Shown here one piece after another: positions 39,136 to 47,615 of a stretch of DNA of 64,000 nucleotides (position 1 is the stretch's first letter; the number at the start of each line of letters is the position of its first letter). The stretch is taken from positions 11,692-75,691 of the forward strand of contig PCXZ01000030.1 of assembly GCA_002762985.1 (NCBI GenBank), read 5' to 3'. Source of the DNA: Candidatus Woesearchaeota archaeon CG10_big_fil_rev_8_21_14_0_10_44_13 (GTDB taxonomy: Archaea; Nanobdellota; Nanobdellia; Woesearchaeales; UBA12501). The notes beneath the pieces are model-generated. The model saw only the letters and a list, made by a program, of their open reading frames with translations. It did not search any database and had not been told where the DNA came from. Position numbers and translations under genes: made by a program.

Positions 39136-40140
39136 ATGCCCTCTTTATTGACAATATCAAGCTTGATCGTAAGTTTCATAGTCACACTGCTTATAACCCC
39201 TTATTGGATAAAACGCGCAAAAACCCACGGCCTGGTCGGCCAGGACATGCACAAGCCGGGCAGTAAGATAGCTGAACTCGGCGGGTTAGCAGTCATCTGC
39301 GGTTTTCTTGCAGGCCTTCTTTACTATATTGCGATCGATGTCTTCGTCTATGGGAATGCGTCCTACTCAAAATACATCCTTGCAGGCATCTGTTCTGTGC
39401 TCATTGCAACGATCATAGGGCTGACAGATGATATACTTGGCTGGAAGATAGGATTGAGGCAATACCAGAAGGTCATCCTTACGGCAGCGATAGTCTTTCC
39501 CATGATGGTGATAAACTCAGGCCATTCTGTGATAACGATCCCTTTTTTGGGAAGATATGATATAGGATTATTATATCCCCTGATTCTTTTGCCCATAGGG
39601 ATCATCGGCGCATCGAATGCATTCAATATGATCGCAGGATACAACGGCCTTGAGGCAGGCCTTGGCATAATCATACTTTCAACTTTGGGGTACCTATCCT
39701 GGGCAAACCATATGGGCTGGGTAGCTGTGATGGCATTCTGCATGGTTGCTGCGCTGCTCGCTTTCCTCATATTCAACATGTATCCTGCAAGCGTTTTCCC
39801 TGGGGACACGATGACTTATTCGGTGGGGACATTGATAGCCATCATCGCCATACTGGGGAATATCGAGAAATTTGCCTTGGTGCTTTTCATACCTTATTTC
39901 ATCGAGCTTGCCCTGAAGGCAAGAGGAAGGATGCAGAAAGAGAGTTTTGCGAAGGTGATGAGCGAAGGGACATTGGCAAAGCCATACAAACAATATTATG
40001 GGATAGAGCATATCGCAATCGATCTCGCTGCAAAAATAAAAGGCAGGGCTTATGAGTATGATGTTGTTCTTGCAATATGGGGATTTGAATTATTTCTTGC
40101 AGCGATCATACTGCTGAACATGCGTTATTTCGTTTTTTAG
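39136..40140 (+). CDS. UDP-HexNAc:dolichyl-phosphate HexNAc-1-phosphate transferase (GPT/AglH-like, MraY superfamily)
   Basis: Multi-TM; GQDMHKP, ELGGL, GLTDD, NAFNMIAGYNGLE (GPT-type rather than the DGLDG of MraY/WecA), FPGDT. Confidence 0.85.
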   Translation: MPSLLTISSLIVSFIVTLLITPYWIKRAKTHGLVGQDMHKPGSKIAELGGLAVICGFLAGLLYYIAIDVFVYGNASYSKYILAGICSVLIATIIGLTDDILGWKIGLRQYQKVILTAAIVFPMMVINSGHSVITIPFLGRYDIGLLYPLILLPIGIIGASNAFNMIAGYNGLEAGLGIIILSTLGYLSWANHMGWVAVMAFCMVAALLAFLIFNMYPASVFPGDTMTYSVGTLIAIIAILGNIEKFALVLFIPYFIELALKARGRMQKESFAKVMSEGTLAKPYKQYYGIEHIAIDLAAKIKGRAYEYDVVLAIWGFELFLAAIILLNMRYFVF

Positions 40141-40185
40141 TAGTGTTTTAGACCAAGATTTCTCAGTTATGCTGCTGTATCCCGA

Positions 40186-41316
40186 TCAATACAAAAGGAA
40201 TCTCAGCAGGCTCGGCTTTGCTGCCAGCACATTGAACCCGAACTTAGCGACAAAATCCATGTCCCCTTTCTCCTGCATTATGTTCTTTATCTTCTCGTCG
40301 CAAAGGTCTTCTATGAGCTCTGATCTCCTCGCATCGCCCATGGCATTAAGCTTTTTCCTTATCAATGAATGCAGCCAAAGGTTCCTCCTTATCCCCCTTA
40401 TCCTGCTCTCATAATCGAATTTTCCCGTTGAGATCGCATCTGCAAGGCCCTGCGCAGCAAGCATGCCGTTGACAACGCCTCCTCCTGATGTGGCTTTTAC
40501 CTGCAGAGCTGCATCGCCAACCAAAAAGATGTTTTTCTGCCTGTTCTGCAGAGGCATCTTGTTGTAGACCGGGATCAATCCCCCGGATCTCCTTTCAGCC
40601 AAAAAATGCCCGAACTTGTCTTTCAGGAATCTGTTGAGATGTTCTGCTGTGTTTGAATATGATGCTAATCCTGCTTTAGCTCTCTCTTCATCTATCGGGA
40701 CAACCCACGCGAAAAAGCCGTCAGAATACCTCTTATCAAGATAGACATAGACAGGGGATTTATCGAAGAAAGGTTCTTTTGCTTTCAGGATCATCTGGGC
40801 GCCAGTCCAGAACTTTCTGTCACCATATAACGACGAGTTTTTTGCGACTTTTGATGCAGGACCATCAGCTCCGACAAGCAATGTGCTTTGCAGATATTTC
40901 GCTTTATGGCCGAAGTTAAGACCTATTTTAAGGCCTTTTTGCCGGGTTTGGGGATTTAGCTTATGGTCTATGTAACTATGGCCTAAAAGCAGTTTAGAGC
41001 CCTTGTTTTCGGCCTTTTCAGCTATTGCCTTGTCGAACTTCGAACGGTCAAAGACATAGGCCTTGAAATCATGTGTTTTTACCTCAAAACTTGCCTTGCC
41101 GCAGCTTATCACTGCCCCATTGACCTTGTTCATTGCAGCTTTTTTCAGCAATGACGGCTCAATTATGCCTTCGATATTCCTGCTTATAAGGCCTGTGCAT
41201 TGCTCTGGCCTGCCTATCTCAGGATGTTCTTCTACTATCGTATTCTCAATGTTGTTCTTTGACAGAAGGTAGCCTAGATAAGAGCCGATGGGCCCTGCGC
41301 CGATTATGGAAATCAT
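40186..41316 (-). CDS. Geranylgeranyl reductase family FAD oxidoreductase
   Basis: IIGAGPIG, EEHPEIGRPEQCTGL, VGADGPAS, FFAWVVP, LVGDAALQVKATSGGG. Confidence 0.88.
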   Translation of the reverse strand: MISIIGAGPIGSYLGYLLSKNNIENTIVEEHPEIGRPEQCTGLISRNIEGIIEPSLLKKAAMNKVNGAVISCGKASFEVKTHDFKAYVFDRSKFDKAIAEKAENKGSKLLLGHSYIDHKLNPQTRQKGLKIGLNFGHKAKYLQSTLLVGADGPASKVAKNSSLYGDRKFWTGAQMILKAKEPFFDKSPVYVYLDKRYSDGFFAWVVPIDEERAKAGLASYSNTAEHLNRFLKDKFGHFLAERRSGGLIPVYNKMPLQNRQKNIFLVGDAALQVKATSGGGVVNGMLAAQGLADAISTGKFDYESRIRGIRRNLWLHSLIRKKLNAMGDARRSELIEDLCDEKIKNIMQEKGDMDFVAKFGFNVLAAKPSLLRFLLY

Positions 41317-42035
41317 AACTCTTTCCTCTTCTCAGCAATCTCATACTCTTCCTTATTGCCTATGCTGTGCCATTCGGCTTTAGGATTAAAACCGCAGAGC
41401 TTTTCTTTTGAAGCAATCAAAGGGAAAACGTCCCTTTCGAGACTTATCTTCACCCTGTCCTGCATCAATGAAAGGACCTCGGGCTCAAAAAGATAGTTGC
41501 CAGTGCTGATAAGGTTGCTCGGAGCCTCTTCAGGCTTGGGCTTCTCTACAAACCTGAGAATCTTGTCATCCCTAAGCTCTGCAACTCCCTTTATGCTGAC
41601 ATCGCCTGTCTCTGAGAGCGCGATTGAGACAAGAGCATTATTTTCTTTATGCAATCCTTGGAATCCGGCCATGCCTTCTTTTCCCAGCTTGAGTATGTCA
41701 TCACCATTCAGCACCATGAATGTGCTCTTGAATTCTTTCTTGTCGATAAGATTCATCCATCCTCCTGTGCCCAGGGGCTCGTTCTCGACAACATAGCTTA
41801 TCTTAACGCCGAATCTTGAGCCATCGCCGAAATATGCCTTCACTTTTTCTGCGTGATGGCCTATTGAAAGAACTATCTCGTTTATGCCCATGCGTTTGAG
41901 GTTTTCAATATTATGCTCTGTAAGCGTCTTCCCTTTCAGCATGACAAGAGCTTTGGGTATCTGGTCATCAGTGAGGTGCCTCATCCTCGTCCCTAAACCC
42001 CCCACCAATATGACTGCTTTCGTGATTTTTGGCAT
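41313..42035 (-). CDS. NDP-sugar pyrophosphorylase (mannose-1-phosphate guanylyltransferase-like)
   Basis: AVILVGGLGTR, PKAL, EPLGTGG, LNGD, FVEKP, GNYLF. Confidence 0.88.
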   Translation of the reverse strand: MPKITKAVILVGGLGTRMRHLTDDQIPKALVMLKGKTLTEHNIENLKRMGINEIVLSIGHHAEKVKAYFGDGSRFGVKISYVVENEPLGTGGWMNLIDKKEFKSTFMVLNGDDILKLGKEGMAGFQGLHKENNALVSIALSETGDVSIKGVAELRDDKILRFVEKPKPEEAPSNLISTGNYLFEPEVLSLMQDRVKISLERDVFPLIASKEKLCGFNPKAEWHSIGNKEEYEIAEKRKEL

Positions 42036-42058
42036 AATAAATCAAGAAAATGAGAGGG

Positions 42059-42074
42059 TATAAAAATTTAACTG
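42059..42074 (-). promoter_or_regulatory. BRE-TATA promoter (CAGTTAAA TTTTTATA), probably leaderless mRNA
   Basis: TATA ends about 24 bp before ATG 42035; no SD seen. Confidence 0.55.
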
Positions 42075-42242
42075 ATTGGTTATTAGAGGGAAATCATGAA
42101 GGGAATGAATGCAGAATGAAACCGGAATAAATGCGTCCAGGGTGATTGAAAGTGATGATTGAAAAAAATTGGACAACAGAATGATAAGGAAGGATAAGAA
42201 AAAATTAATAAAAAAGCAAGAAAAAAAAGTAAAAATAAAAAT

Positions 42243-43634
42243 TTAGTAGTAGGTCTGGCCTGTTACTTCGCCTTCCTCTTCCTCGTCCTCATCGCTTCCT
42301 TTCATCTTGTTGAAAGCTATGATCAATCCGAGGATCACGAGCAATACGATCAGTATGATCAAGCCGATCTCAAGGCCTTTCTTGACTGAGTCCCAGCCGC
42401 TTGCCTGTGTCTTGCCTTCCACGACATTAGCGTTCAATGGTATCTGCTTCAAAACCTGGTTGTTTGAGCTGACATCCACGCTGAATGTGTATGCGCCGAC
42501 CTGTGCTGTTTCTCTCGCTGTCAAGTAGACATACACTGTCTCTGTCTCTCCGCCATTCACAACGACCAGTGTGCTTGGTGACACCCTGACTTCTGCGAAT
42601 GTGTCGGTTCCTGCGACAGATATCTTATATGTCTTTGAGTTTGAGCCTTCATTGCTTATTGTCAGCGGATATATTGAGCCGCCCTCGCCTCTTGTAAGGT
42701 CCTGGGCCTGTGAGCCTACTGTTATTGTAGTCTTGTCTGTTACTGGCTGTGGCTGCTGGCCATTGTCAGTACCATCAGTTCCATCGCTGTCGCTTCCGTC
42801 TCCCTCAACATCAATCTGCATTGATTCCTTGACGGTCTTGAAGCCTTCGTCATACTCAACTTCCACCTTGACATCATAACTTCCTGATTTTGCATCTGAA
42901 GGTATCCTGATGTAAAGCTCTTCTGTGCTCACAGAATCTTCAGACTCTATGTCGTCGATATAGTCTACAGCTGAAACGCCTAGTTCAGGTATTGATACCT
43001 TCACCTTGACTGATTCCTCTGTGTTCTGACCGACATTCCTTATCCTTGCGACAGCAAGCAAAGCTCTTCCTGCTTTAACGCTGTCCTGCGGATTCAGAGT
43101 GACATCTTTTATGATCATTGAGTGCTTCTGGGTGTCAATTTTTAGGAGGTAGTTATATACTTTGACAGCGCCAGTTCTTCCAGCAACGCTTACTCTCAGG
43201 TCATAATTGTCCTGGTCCATTATGTCCGGAAGCTGAAGTGTGAGTGTCTTTATGTAGAGTGTCTGGTTGCTTGCATCGAATGTCTCAGACTGATCATCAA
43301 TCTGGTAGTGGTCGTCACCGAATATCTCTGCTTCGATAGCCACTCCTTCAACATCCTGTGATGCCATCATCTCAACCTTGACCTCAATCTCCTGGTCTCT
43401 CTCTACGCTGAGCCTTACCTCATCTCCGTTCTCAACCAAGTCATCATTGATCTTGACCCATATAACGTCAAGACCCGGCTGAGTACCCTGGTTAAGGACA
43501 TCTTCCTGGTCATTTCTTGTAAAGTTGCCGTCTGTCCTTGCCTCATATTCTATGGCGCTGACGGCTGTTGCAGCCAAAAGCACCGCTAGAATAGCGAAAA
43601 CGACAAACGCTGCTCTAATTTTTCCTTTAAACAT
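42243..43634 (-). CDS. Membrane-anchored S-layer-like / CARDB-like Ig-domain surface protein
   Basis: Signal peptide, three acidic beta-sandwich domains, C-terminal TM (GLIILIVLLVILGLIIAF) and acidic tail ending QTYY. Strong SD (AGGAGG) and consensus promoter. Confidence 0.65.
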   Translation of the reverse strand: MFKGKIRAAFVVFAILAVLLAATAVSAIEYEARTDGNFTRNDQEDVLNQGTQPGLDVIWVKINDDLVENGDEVRLSVERDQEIEVKVEMMASQDVEGVAIEAEIFGDDHYQIDDQSETFDASNQTLYIKTLTLQLPDIMDQDNYDLRVSVAGRTGAVKVYNYLLKIDTQKHSMIIKDVTLNPQDSVKAGRALLAVARIRNVGQNTEESVKVKVSIPELGVSAVDYIDDIESEDSVSTEELYIRIPSDAKSGSYDVKVEVEYDEGFKTVKESMQIDVEGDGSDSDGTDGTDNGQQPQPVTDKTTITVGSQAQDLTRGEGGSIYPLTISNEGSNSKTYKISVAGTDTFAEVRVSPSTLVVVNGGETETVYVYLTARETAQVGAYTFSVDVSSNNQVLKQIPLNANVVEGKTQASGWDSVKKGLEIGLIILIVLLVILGLIIAFNKMKGSDEDEEEEGEVTGQTYY

Positions 43635-43758
43635 TTTTTCTACCTCCTGATATTAGGTTCAACATAATTTTTGTGTCTTCTTAAGCGATTTTTGTTATGC
43701 TAAAATCGATTTATCCCCGAACCAAAGTAACTCTTTTCCCTTTGGTAATCGCAACTGG

Positions 43759-43774
43759 TATTTAAATCTTTCGC
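43759..43774 (-). promoter_or_regulatory. Consensus BRE-TATA promoter (GCGAAAGA TTTAAATA) of the S-layer-like gene
   Basis: Matches the archaeal BRE CGAAA and TATA TTTAAATA; predicts a 5' UTR of about 100 nt. Confidence 0.7.
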
Positions 43775-43905
43775 TTTTTTTAGCATACAAGAGTAGTTAA
43801 TTTGTTTTACCATTAGTAAGTTACTATTTAGCTTTGGGGGTTTTTTACAGGTTTTAATGGACCTGATAAAACCCTTATTAAGCCAGATTTAAGGCTTATA
43901 ATGGC

Positions 43906-46900
43906 TTATACAAGCGTAACTACCCTATACTTCACCCTTTTTATATCATCATTTGCGACTGTGATCCTTACGTCATATTCTCCCTTCACTGCATCATCGG
44001 GAATATCCATATAAACGCGCTTTGTAGTGTGTTCGCCTGCAGCAAGGTTGAATGGGCCTATTGTCCTCCATATTCCAAGGTCCTCTATGTAAACGCTCAG
44101 CTTCAATGAGACAAGGGTGTAAGATGCGAGGTTCTCTATATAGACTGTTATCTCTACCTCATCTCCTGCCTTTGCAATCTCCTGCTCATAGCCTGAGTTT
44201 GTCGTGCTGTGGATGTCAATATGGCCTATATACAATATCTGCTCTGGGTCTAGTACCTCTGGGATCTCGTTTGGGCCGCCGCTTGAGCTGCCATCACCCT
44301 CATCATTATCATCTGCGTTCTGGCAATCCGGGTCAGCCATGTCCACAAGTCCGTCGCCGTCATTGTCAATGCCGTCTGAGCATTGCGGCTGTGTGACAAT
44401 ATCTGTCTCATTATCATCATTTGCATCTGAGCATCCTGGATCGTTCGGATAATCTATCCTGCTGTCTCCATCATTATCAACGCCATCATTGCACTGGTAG
44501 ACTGGTGTTGAACCTGTTATTGTGAATGTCCAGTTCTCAGGTGCGAAAGCTGAATTGACGCCGTCGCTGCATCTCACGTTCCAGATGTATGTCCCGTCAG
44601 GTATGTCCTGCCCGTACATTGTCCCGAAAAATCCGTTCAATGTCAGCAGGCTCTGCTCTGGCTGGAATGTCCCGCTTATGTTAGTGTAAAGCGTGCAGTT
44701 CAGCCATGATGCTGAATCGTCAAATACCCCATACATGAATGGTAGGTCTGTCTCGTTCGTTATCATCCCGTTGAATGGATAGAAAAGCACCACGAATGGC
44801 TCTTCATTTGTCTGGTTGCCTCCATCTGTCTCATTATTGTCAATAGGATTTACGCATCCTGGGTCAAGAGGATAATCGATCAGTCCGTCGCCGTCATTGT
44901 CAATGCCGTCTGAGCATTCAGGATATATTATTATCACATCTGTCTCATTATCGTCTGATATGCTAATGCATCCCGGGTCTGATGGGAAATCTGTAAGATT
45001 ATCGCCGTCATTATCGAAGTTGTCTGAGCATTCAGGCAATGTGTCGTTCTCGTCATCATCAAAAGGATTGTAGCTGCCAGTGTCATAACATCCAGGGTCA
45101 TTTGCATCTATCAGTGTGTCGCCGTCATTGTCTGCGCTGTCGCTGCATTCATAGCTTGGTGCAGACCTATTAACGATGAGATAGAACCTGAACTGATCGT
45201 CCTGCGCGCAGCCATAGCTGTCTACGCCTTCGACATCAACGCTGATATTATATAACCCTTCCGAGAGCGTTGAAGGTATATCGAAATCCTGTCCCTCAAC
45301 ATATGTCGAGAACGGAAGTATGTGCACTATCGAGGAGCTTTCAGTGAAGCTGTCTCCGCTCTGGTTTGTCATCATTGTTGTGTAATTGACATTCCGTATC
45401 GTGCTTGCTCCCGTGTTTGTGAAATAGTCATCAAAAGGCAAGTATCCCATTGCAAGGTAATTGTTGTTCATGGGATATGCAAATCCTTCGAATATCTCAA
45501 GTGTTCCGATATCGATCCTTGTGATGTTAAGGTGATTCGTGCAGGGGACAGTATCAGTCTCGTCATCGTCAGTCGCATTAACGCATCCAGGGTCTGATGG
45601 GAAATCCACAAGGCCGTCTGCGTCATTGTCTATTCCGTCGCTGCATTCTGGGAGAGGGGTCTGTGAGGTGTTGACAATGAGGAAAAACCTGAATGAATCC
45701 CCGTAACTGCATCCGTTCGAATCGATGCCGTGTGCAAGATAAAACACCTCATATCTTCCATCATGGATGTCTGTAAGATTGAAATCCCTGCTGTCAAGGA
45801 TAGTTGAGTGGGGGTCTATGTCTGACAAAAAGTATGTGTACCCATATCCCCATGTGTTATTTGTCGTGCTAAAAAGACCGATACTGTAGTTAGTGTAAAG
45901 TATCGTTGAATCGCCCGTATTTGTCAAAAAATTGTCAAAATCAAGATATCCTGCCGCTATTTCTGCATTTGAGAGGGAATAGTTCATGAAGTTGTATCTC
46001 CTCTCTCCGTTCATGTATACGCTGCTTATGTTAAGGTTCTCGCCGCAGACATCCTGATTTGTCTCGTCATCGTCAGTCACATTAACGCATCCTGGGTCTG
46101 ATGGGAAATCCACAAGGCCGTCTGCGTCATTGTCTATTCCGTCTGAGCATTCTGGCACGTCAGGCAATGATGTGTTTACTGTGAATGTCCAGTTCTCTGG
46201 GGCGAAAGCTGAATTGACGCCGTCGCTGCATTGCACATTCCAGATATAGCTTCCGTCCTGTGCGAATGCCATGAAAAAGTCTGCTGTGTTGTTGATTGTG
46301 TATTGTGATATATCTGCCCTGAATGTCCCGCTCATGTTCGTATAAAGCGTGCAATACAATGGGGATGCTGAATCATCTGTCACATTGTATGTGAATACTA
46401 TATTATCATCATTGGTCATCATTGTCCCGTTCGGCGGGCTTACAAGCGTCACAACAGGCGGCTGATTGACTACAGGCTGTTCTGTGACAGTGATCATTGC
46501 AGAATCTGCTCCTGTCCTACCCTGGCTGTCTGTGACAGTGCATGTTGCATTGTAATTTCCTTCCATATAACCCCTGACGATATACTGCTGCCAGTTGGTC
46601 CCGCTGGCGCCTATTAAGACTACGCTTGGTCCCTGGCCGTCATCTGAATCGAAATTGAATGAGTACGGCTGCGTGCCGTTTGTTACTGAGCATGTGAATG
46701 TCACGTCCAATGGCTCTGTTCCTGAGACTGGGTTTGCTGAAAGGTCTACGCCCAATGTGCCCGGAGAAGGCTGCTCTACCGTAAAATATACCGTCTGCAG
46801 CTGTGTCAGCTGGTTGCTGCACTGGTTGTCTGTCACTGTTGTCTCTATCTCTGCCCTGTAAGTGCCTGGCTGCAGAGCAAAGCTATCGCTCGTTATGCTG

Positions 46901-47535
46901 CCGGAAGCGTCCATGTAGATGTTAAGGGGGAATGACTGTGTGAAAACAACAACATTGTTGCTGTCGTATGCCCTGAATGTCGCCTGGACTTCAGATGAAT
47001 AGAATTCAGCTGCATACTGCGGCAGGACATAGCCTACATAATTGTGCGGATCAAAAAATGCGCTCTGCACATTCGCCCTCAATGTCACATCTGCGCCATC
47101 TGCATCAGGTGTTATTATATCATTGAAGCCGTTTATTATTGATTTGCAGTTTGCTATCTTGTTGAAGTTTATGTCGAATGTTGTTGCCCCATTGCCGTGC
47201 CATGTCGCAACGCCCTCCTGCGGCGCAAAGCCGTGCGCAAAATAATATGCTGCATACCCATAAGGAGTGATAAGGTTTGTAGGATATACTATCGCTGCCT
47301 GTGAGCTTGAGCCTGAGTTTCCAGAGCCTGGCAATGGTGTTGCAAGATTCAGGATATTGCATCCTGCATCCAGGCATGGATAGACAAGAGAATCAACATT
47401 TGCCAATGGCTGCACTGTCTGTATGTCCCTAAAGGTATAGGTCACCGTGACAGAAGCTGCTGCTGCTGAAGCTATCAAAAACATGAATATCGCCGATATC
47501 AGATAAAATTTTTTCATTTTTGCATCTACCTTCAT
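43906..47535 (-). CDS. Large secreted surface protein/adhesin: PKD-like and Ig-like domains with seven Cys/Asp-rich Ca-binding-like repeats
   Basis: Signal peptide (likely start MKKFY at 47517); repeats C(S/N)DxxDNDxDxxxD(x)xxDPxC; duplicated Ig-like domains; roughly 30 N-x-S/T sequons by manual count; no C-terminal TM. Confidence 0.8.
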   Translation of the reverse strand: MKVDAKMKKFYLISAIFMFLIASAAAASVTVTYTFRDIQTVQPLANVDSLVYPCLDAGCNILNLATPLPGSGNSGSSSQAAIVYPTNLITPYGYAAYYFAHGFAPQEGVATWHGNGATTFDINFNKIANCKSIINGFNDIITPDADGADVTLRANVQSAFFDPHNYVGYVLPQYAAEFYSSEVQATFRAYDSNNVVVFTQSFPLNIYMDASGSITSDSFALQPGTYRAEIETTVTDNQCSNQLTQLQTVYFTVEQPSPGTLGVDLSANPVSGTEPLDVTFTCSVTNGTQPYSFNFDSDDGQGPSVVLIGASGTNWQQYIVRGYMEGNYNATCTVTDSQGRTGADSAMITVTEQPVVNQPPVVTLVSPPNGTMMTNDDNIVFTYNVTDDSASPLYCTLYTNMSGTFRADISQYTINNTADFFMAFAQDGSYIWNVQCSDGVNSAFAPENWTFTVNTSLPDVPECSDGIDNDADGLVDFPSDPGCVNVTDDDETNQDVCGENLNISSVYMNGERRYNFMNYSLSNAEIAAGYLDFDNFLTNTGDSTILYTNYSIGLFSTTNNTWGYGYTYFLSDIDPHSTILDSRDFNLTDIHDGRYEVFYLAHGIDSNGCSYGDSFRFFLIVNTSQTPLPECSDGIDNDADGLVDFPSDPGCVNATDDDETDTVPCTNHLNITRIDIGTLEIFEGFAYPMNNNYLAMGYLPFDDYFTNTGASTIRNVNYTTMMTNQSGDSFTESSSIVHILPFSTYVEGQDFDIPSTLSEGLYNISVDVEGVDSYGCAQDDQFRFYLIVNRSAPSYECSDSADNDGDTLIDANDPGCYDTGSYNPFDDDENDTLPECSDNFDNDGDNLTDFPSDPGCISISDDNETDVIIIYPECSDGIDNDGDGLIDYPLDPGCVNPIDNNETDGGNQTNEEPFVVLFYPFNGMITNETDLPFMYGVFDDSASWLNCTLYTNISGTFQPEQSLLTLNGFFGTMYGQDIPDGTYIWNVRCSDGVNSAFAPENWTFTITGSTPVYQCNDGVDNDGDSRIDYPNDPGCSDANDDNETDIVTQPQCSDGIDNDGDGLVDMADPDCQNADDNDEGDGSSSGGPNEIPEVLDPEQILYIGHIDIHSTTNSGYEQEIAKAGDEVEITVYIENLASYTLVSLKLSVYIEDLGIWRTIGPFNLAAGEHTTKRVYMDIPDDAVKGEYDVRITVANDDIKRVKYRVVTLV
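44305..46160 (-). repeat. Intragenic repeats encoding CSDGIDNDxDGLxDxPxDPGC; includes a 95-bp pair (45557-45651 and 46061-46155, 5 mismatches)
   Basis: Direct comparison of the nucleotide and protein sequence. Confidence 0.9.
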
Positions 47536-47615
47536 TCGCCTTTTTCCCCGCCTTTTTTTCAGAAAAATTTGGAATTTAAAAATAAAAAATTTTGGATGTA
47601 ATCATATCATATAAT

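Noticed and set aside
39011-39160. Apparent head-to-head overlap of the GT2 (ORF start 39160) and the GPT gene
   Set aside because: The GT2 family N-terminus begins at MKLSIVIP (39010); the upstream extension is probably not translated.
41313-42035. HddC (GDP-heptose guanylyltransferase) assignment
   Set aside because: No HddA kinase in the window, the heptose route is already complete via HldE, and the gene lies near gmd, favouring a GDP-mannose role.
45557-46155. Possible DGR template/variable repeat pair
   Set aside because: Mismatches are not confined to adenines, both copies are internal coding repeats, and no reverse transcriptase is present in the window.
44305-46160. Possible CRISPR-like repeat array
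   Set aside because: Repeats are in-frame protein-coding, irregularly spaced and degenerate; no cas operon.
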